Shown here: positions 62,839 to 64,000 of the stretch, one piece after another
Layout of the letters: every line of letters begins with the position of its first letter
Position numbering within the stretch: position 1 is the stretch's first letter
Program-made: the position numbers and the translations under genes
The notes under the pieces: generated by a model
What the model was told of the DNA's origin: nothing
Seen by the model: the letters and a program-made list of their open reading frames with translations, nothing else
Database searches by the model: none
IMG/VR virus record: IMGVR_UViG_3300020391_000003
Coordinates: 96,001 to 160,000 of that record
Reading direction: 5' to 3' (one strand)
Length of the DNA: 64,000 nt
DNA from: a virus

Positions 62839-63767
62839 ATCAATTCTTTTAATCCTTCCTCAAAATTTACACTAGGAGACCAATTCAATTCATCTTGAAT
62901 TTTATTATTATCAATTGCATAACGCCAATCGTGACCTAATCTATCTTTCACAAACTCTATTTGGCTTTCATCCTTGCCTAGCAGTTTAAGAATGGTTTTA
63001 ACGATATGAATGTTTCGCACTTCATTTTTGCCGCCAATATTGTATACTTCACCAATTTTTCCTTCATGCAGAACTGCATCGATACCAGAGCAATGATCTG
63101 AAACATGAATCCAGTCGCGAATATTTCTACCATCACCATAAACAGGAAGTTTTTTTCCTGCTTTAGCATTTTTAATTATTAATGGAATTAATTTCTCTGC
63201 ATGTTGATTTGGCCCGTAATTGTTTGAGCAGCGAGTAATTAAAATAGGATAGCCAAAAGTCTCATAAAAACTGCGACATAATAAATCTGCGCTAGCCTTG
63301 CTTGCAGAATAAGGGCTATTAGCTTGTAACGGAGTGTTTTCAGTAAAAGCATCGTCTTCCTCAGTTAAACTGCCATATACCTCGTCTGTGGACACTTGAA
63401 GGTATCTCTCGACACTCGGGCAATCGTGAAGCAAACTCAATAAAGAATGTGTTCCATTTATGTTAGTCTGTACGAAAGGAGTTGAGTCATTTATACTATT
63501 ATCAACATGACTTTCCGCCGCAAAATTAACTATGTAGTTTATATTGTTCGTCTGCACAAGACTTTTAATATAACTAGTATCATTTATATCTGATACTATT
63601 AATGAATACCTATTTGAGTTAGATATATCATCATGTATATTGTCAAAATTAGAGGCATATGTACGAGAATCTACATTAAATATTTTGTAGTCGTATTTAT
63701 TAAATACATATTTAATAAAATTACTTCCAATAAAACCTAAGCCTCCTGTTACTATGATTTTTTTCAT
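62835..63767 (-). CDS. rfbB: dTDP-glucose 4,6-dehydratase
   Basis: Start moved to ATG 63767; VTGGLGFIGS, FAAESHVDNS, STDEVYG, PYSASK, YGDGRNIRDW, DRLGHD. Confidence 0.95.
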   Translation of the reverse strand: MKKIIVTGGLGFIGSNFIKYVFNKYDYKIFNVDSRTYASNFDNIHDDISNSNRYSLIVSDINDTSYIKSLVQTNNINYIVNFAAESHVDNSINDSTPFVQTNINGTHSLLSLLHDCPSVERYLQVSTDEVYGSLTEEDDAFTENTPLQANSPYSASKASADLLCRSFYETFGYPILITRCSNNYGPNQHAEKLIPLIIKNAKAGKKLPVYGDGRNIRDWIHVSDHCSGIDAVLHEGKIGEVYNIGGKNEVRNIHIVKTILKLLGKDESQIEFVKDRLGHDWRYAIDNNKIQDELNWSPSVNFEEGLKELM

Positions 63768-64000
63768 TTTAACATTAGTATTGAATTTTTTGTTTCTTCT
63801 GTTATGGGAGATGGTAGGCAATTCTTTTCTATTTTAAAAAATCCCCACTCTTCATGCTCTACAGCATCTATAGCTTTTTGATCTGGAAATATTAAATCAT
63901 CAACATCTGAATAAAAAACATAAAATGTGCCTCCTTTATAATTTTCAAAATAAGTAAGAAATTCGATTGGTGAATTTAAAATAATATTTGTTTCTTCAAA
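63764..64000 (-). CDS. Partial CDS (3' end only)
   Basis: Open frame to the window edge; stop overlaps the rfbB start (ATGA). Confidence 0.6.
   Translation of the reverse strand, partial: FEETNIILNSPIEFLTYFENYKGGTFYVFYSDVDDLIFPDQKAIDAVEHEEWGFFKIEKNCLPSPITEETKNSILMLK

Noticed and set aside
1-64000. Alternative genetic code (stop-codon reassignment)
   Set aside because: Conserved genes are full length under code 11, and TAA, TAG and TGA all end genes.

Overview
This AT-rich window is part of a large tailed dsDNA phage genome. The host is probably a PVC-superphylum bacterium such as a marine Verrucomicrobia/Opitutales; this is inferred from a DUF1501 + DUF1549/1553 pair and a Trp-rich C-terminal domain on a secreted protease. 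Layout: (1) 1-17.9 kb is an early region of about 60 small genes with many consensus sigma70 promoters, transcribed on + to about 13.0 kb and on - from 17.9 kb back to 13.1 kb. It holds an ATP-dependent DNA ligase, DUF932, a GP88-like protein, a stand-alone structured ncRNA candidate, an MraZ-box-like array and a dispersed G/C-palindrome element. (2) 18.2-33.8 kb has PhoH, fibre/adhesin-like proteins interleaved with oxygenase-like genes, an M64-like protease, an AT-rich island flanked by 53-bp direct repeats, a subtilase and membrane/lysis-like genes. (3) 33.9-43.8 kb has an ECF-like sigma factor, an ERCC4 nuclease, TerL, protease-scaffold, head decoration and major capsid genes. (4) 43.8-64 kb has ClpC, a split DnaE with an exonuclease and a SET gene between its parts, NrdAB, the DUF1501/DUF1549-1553 pair, Hsp20, an HNH protein and a sugar-nucleotide cluster. 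A GTGTA motif sits 9-14 nt before many non-early start codons. I found no tRNA, CRISPR array, integrase or reverse transcriptase. All family calls come from reading motifs by eye; no database search was run.
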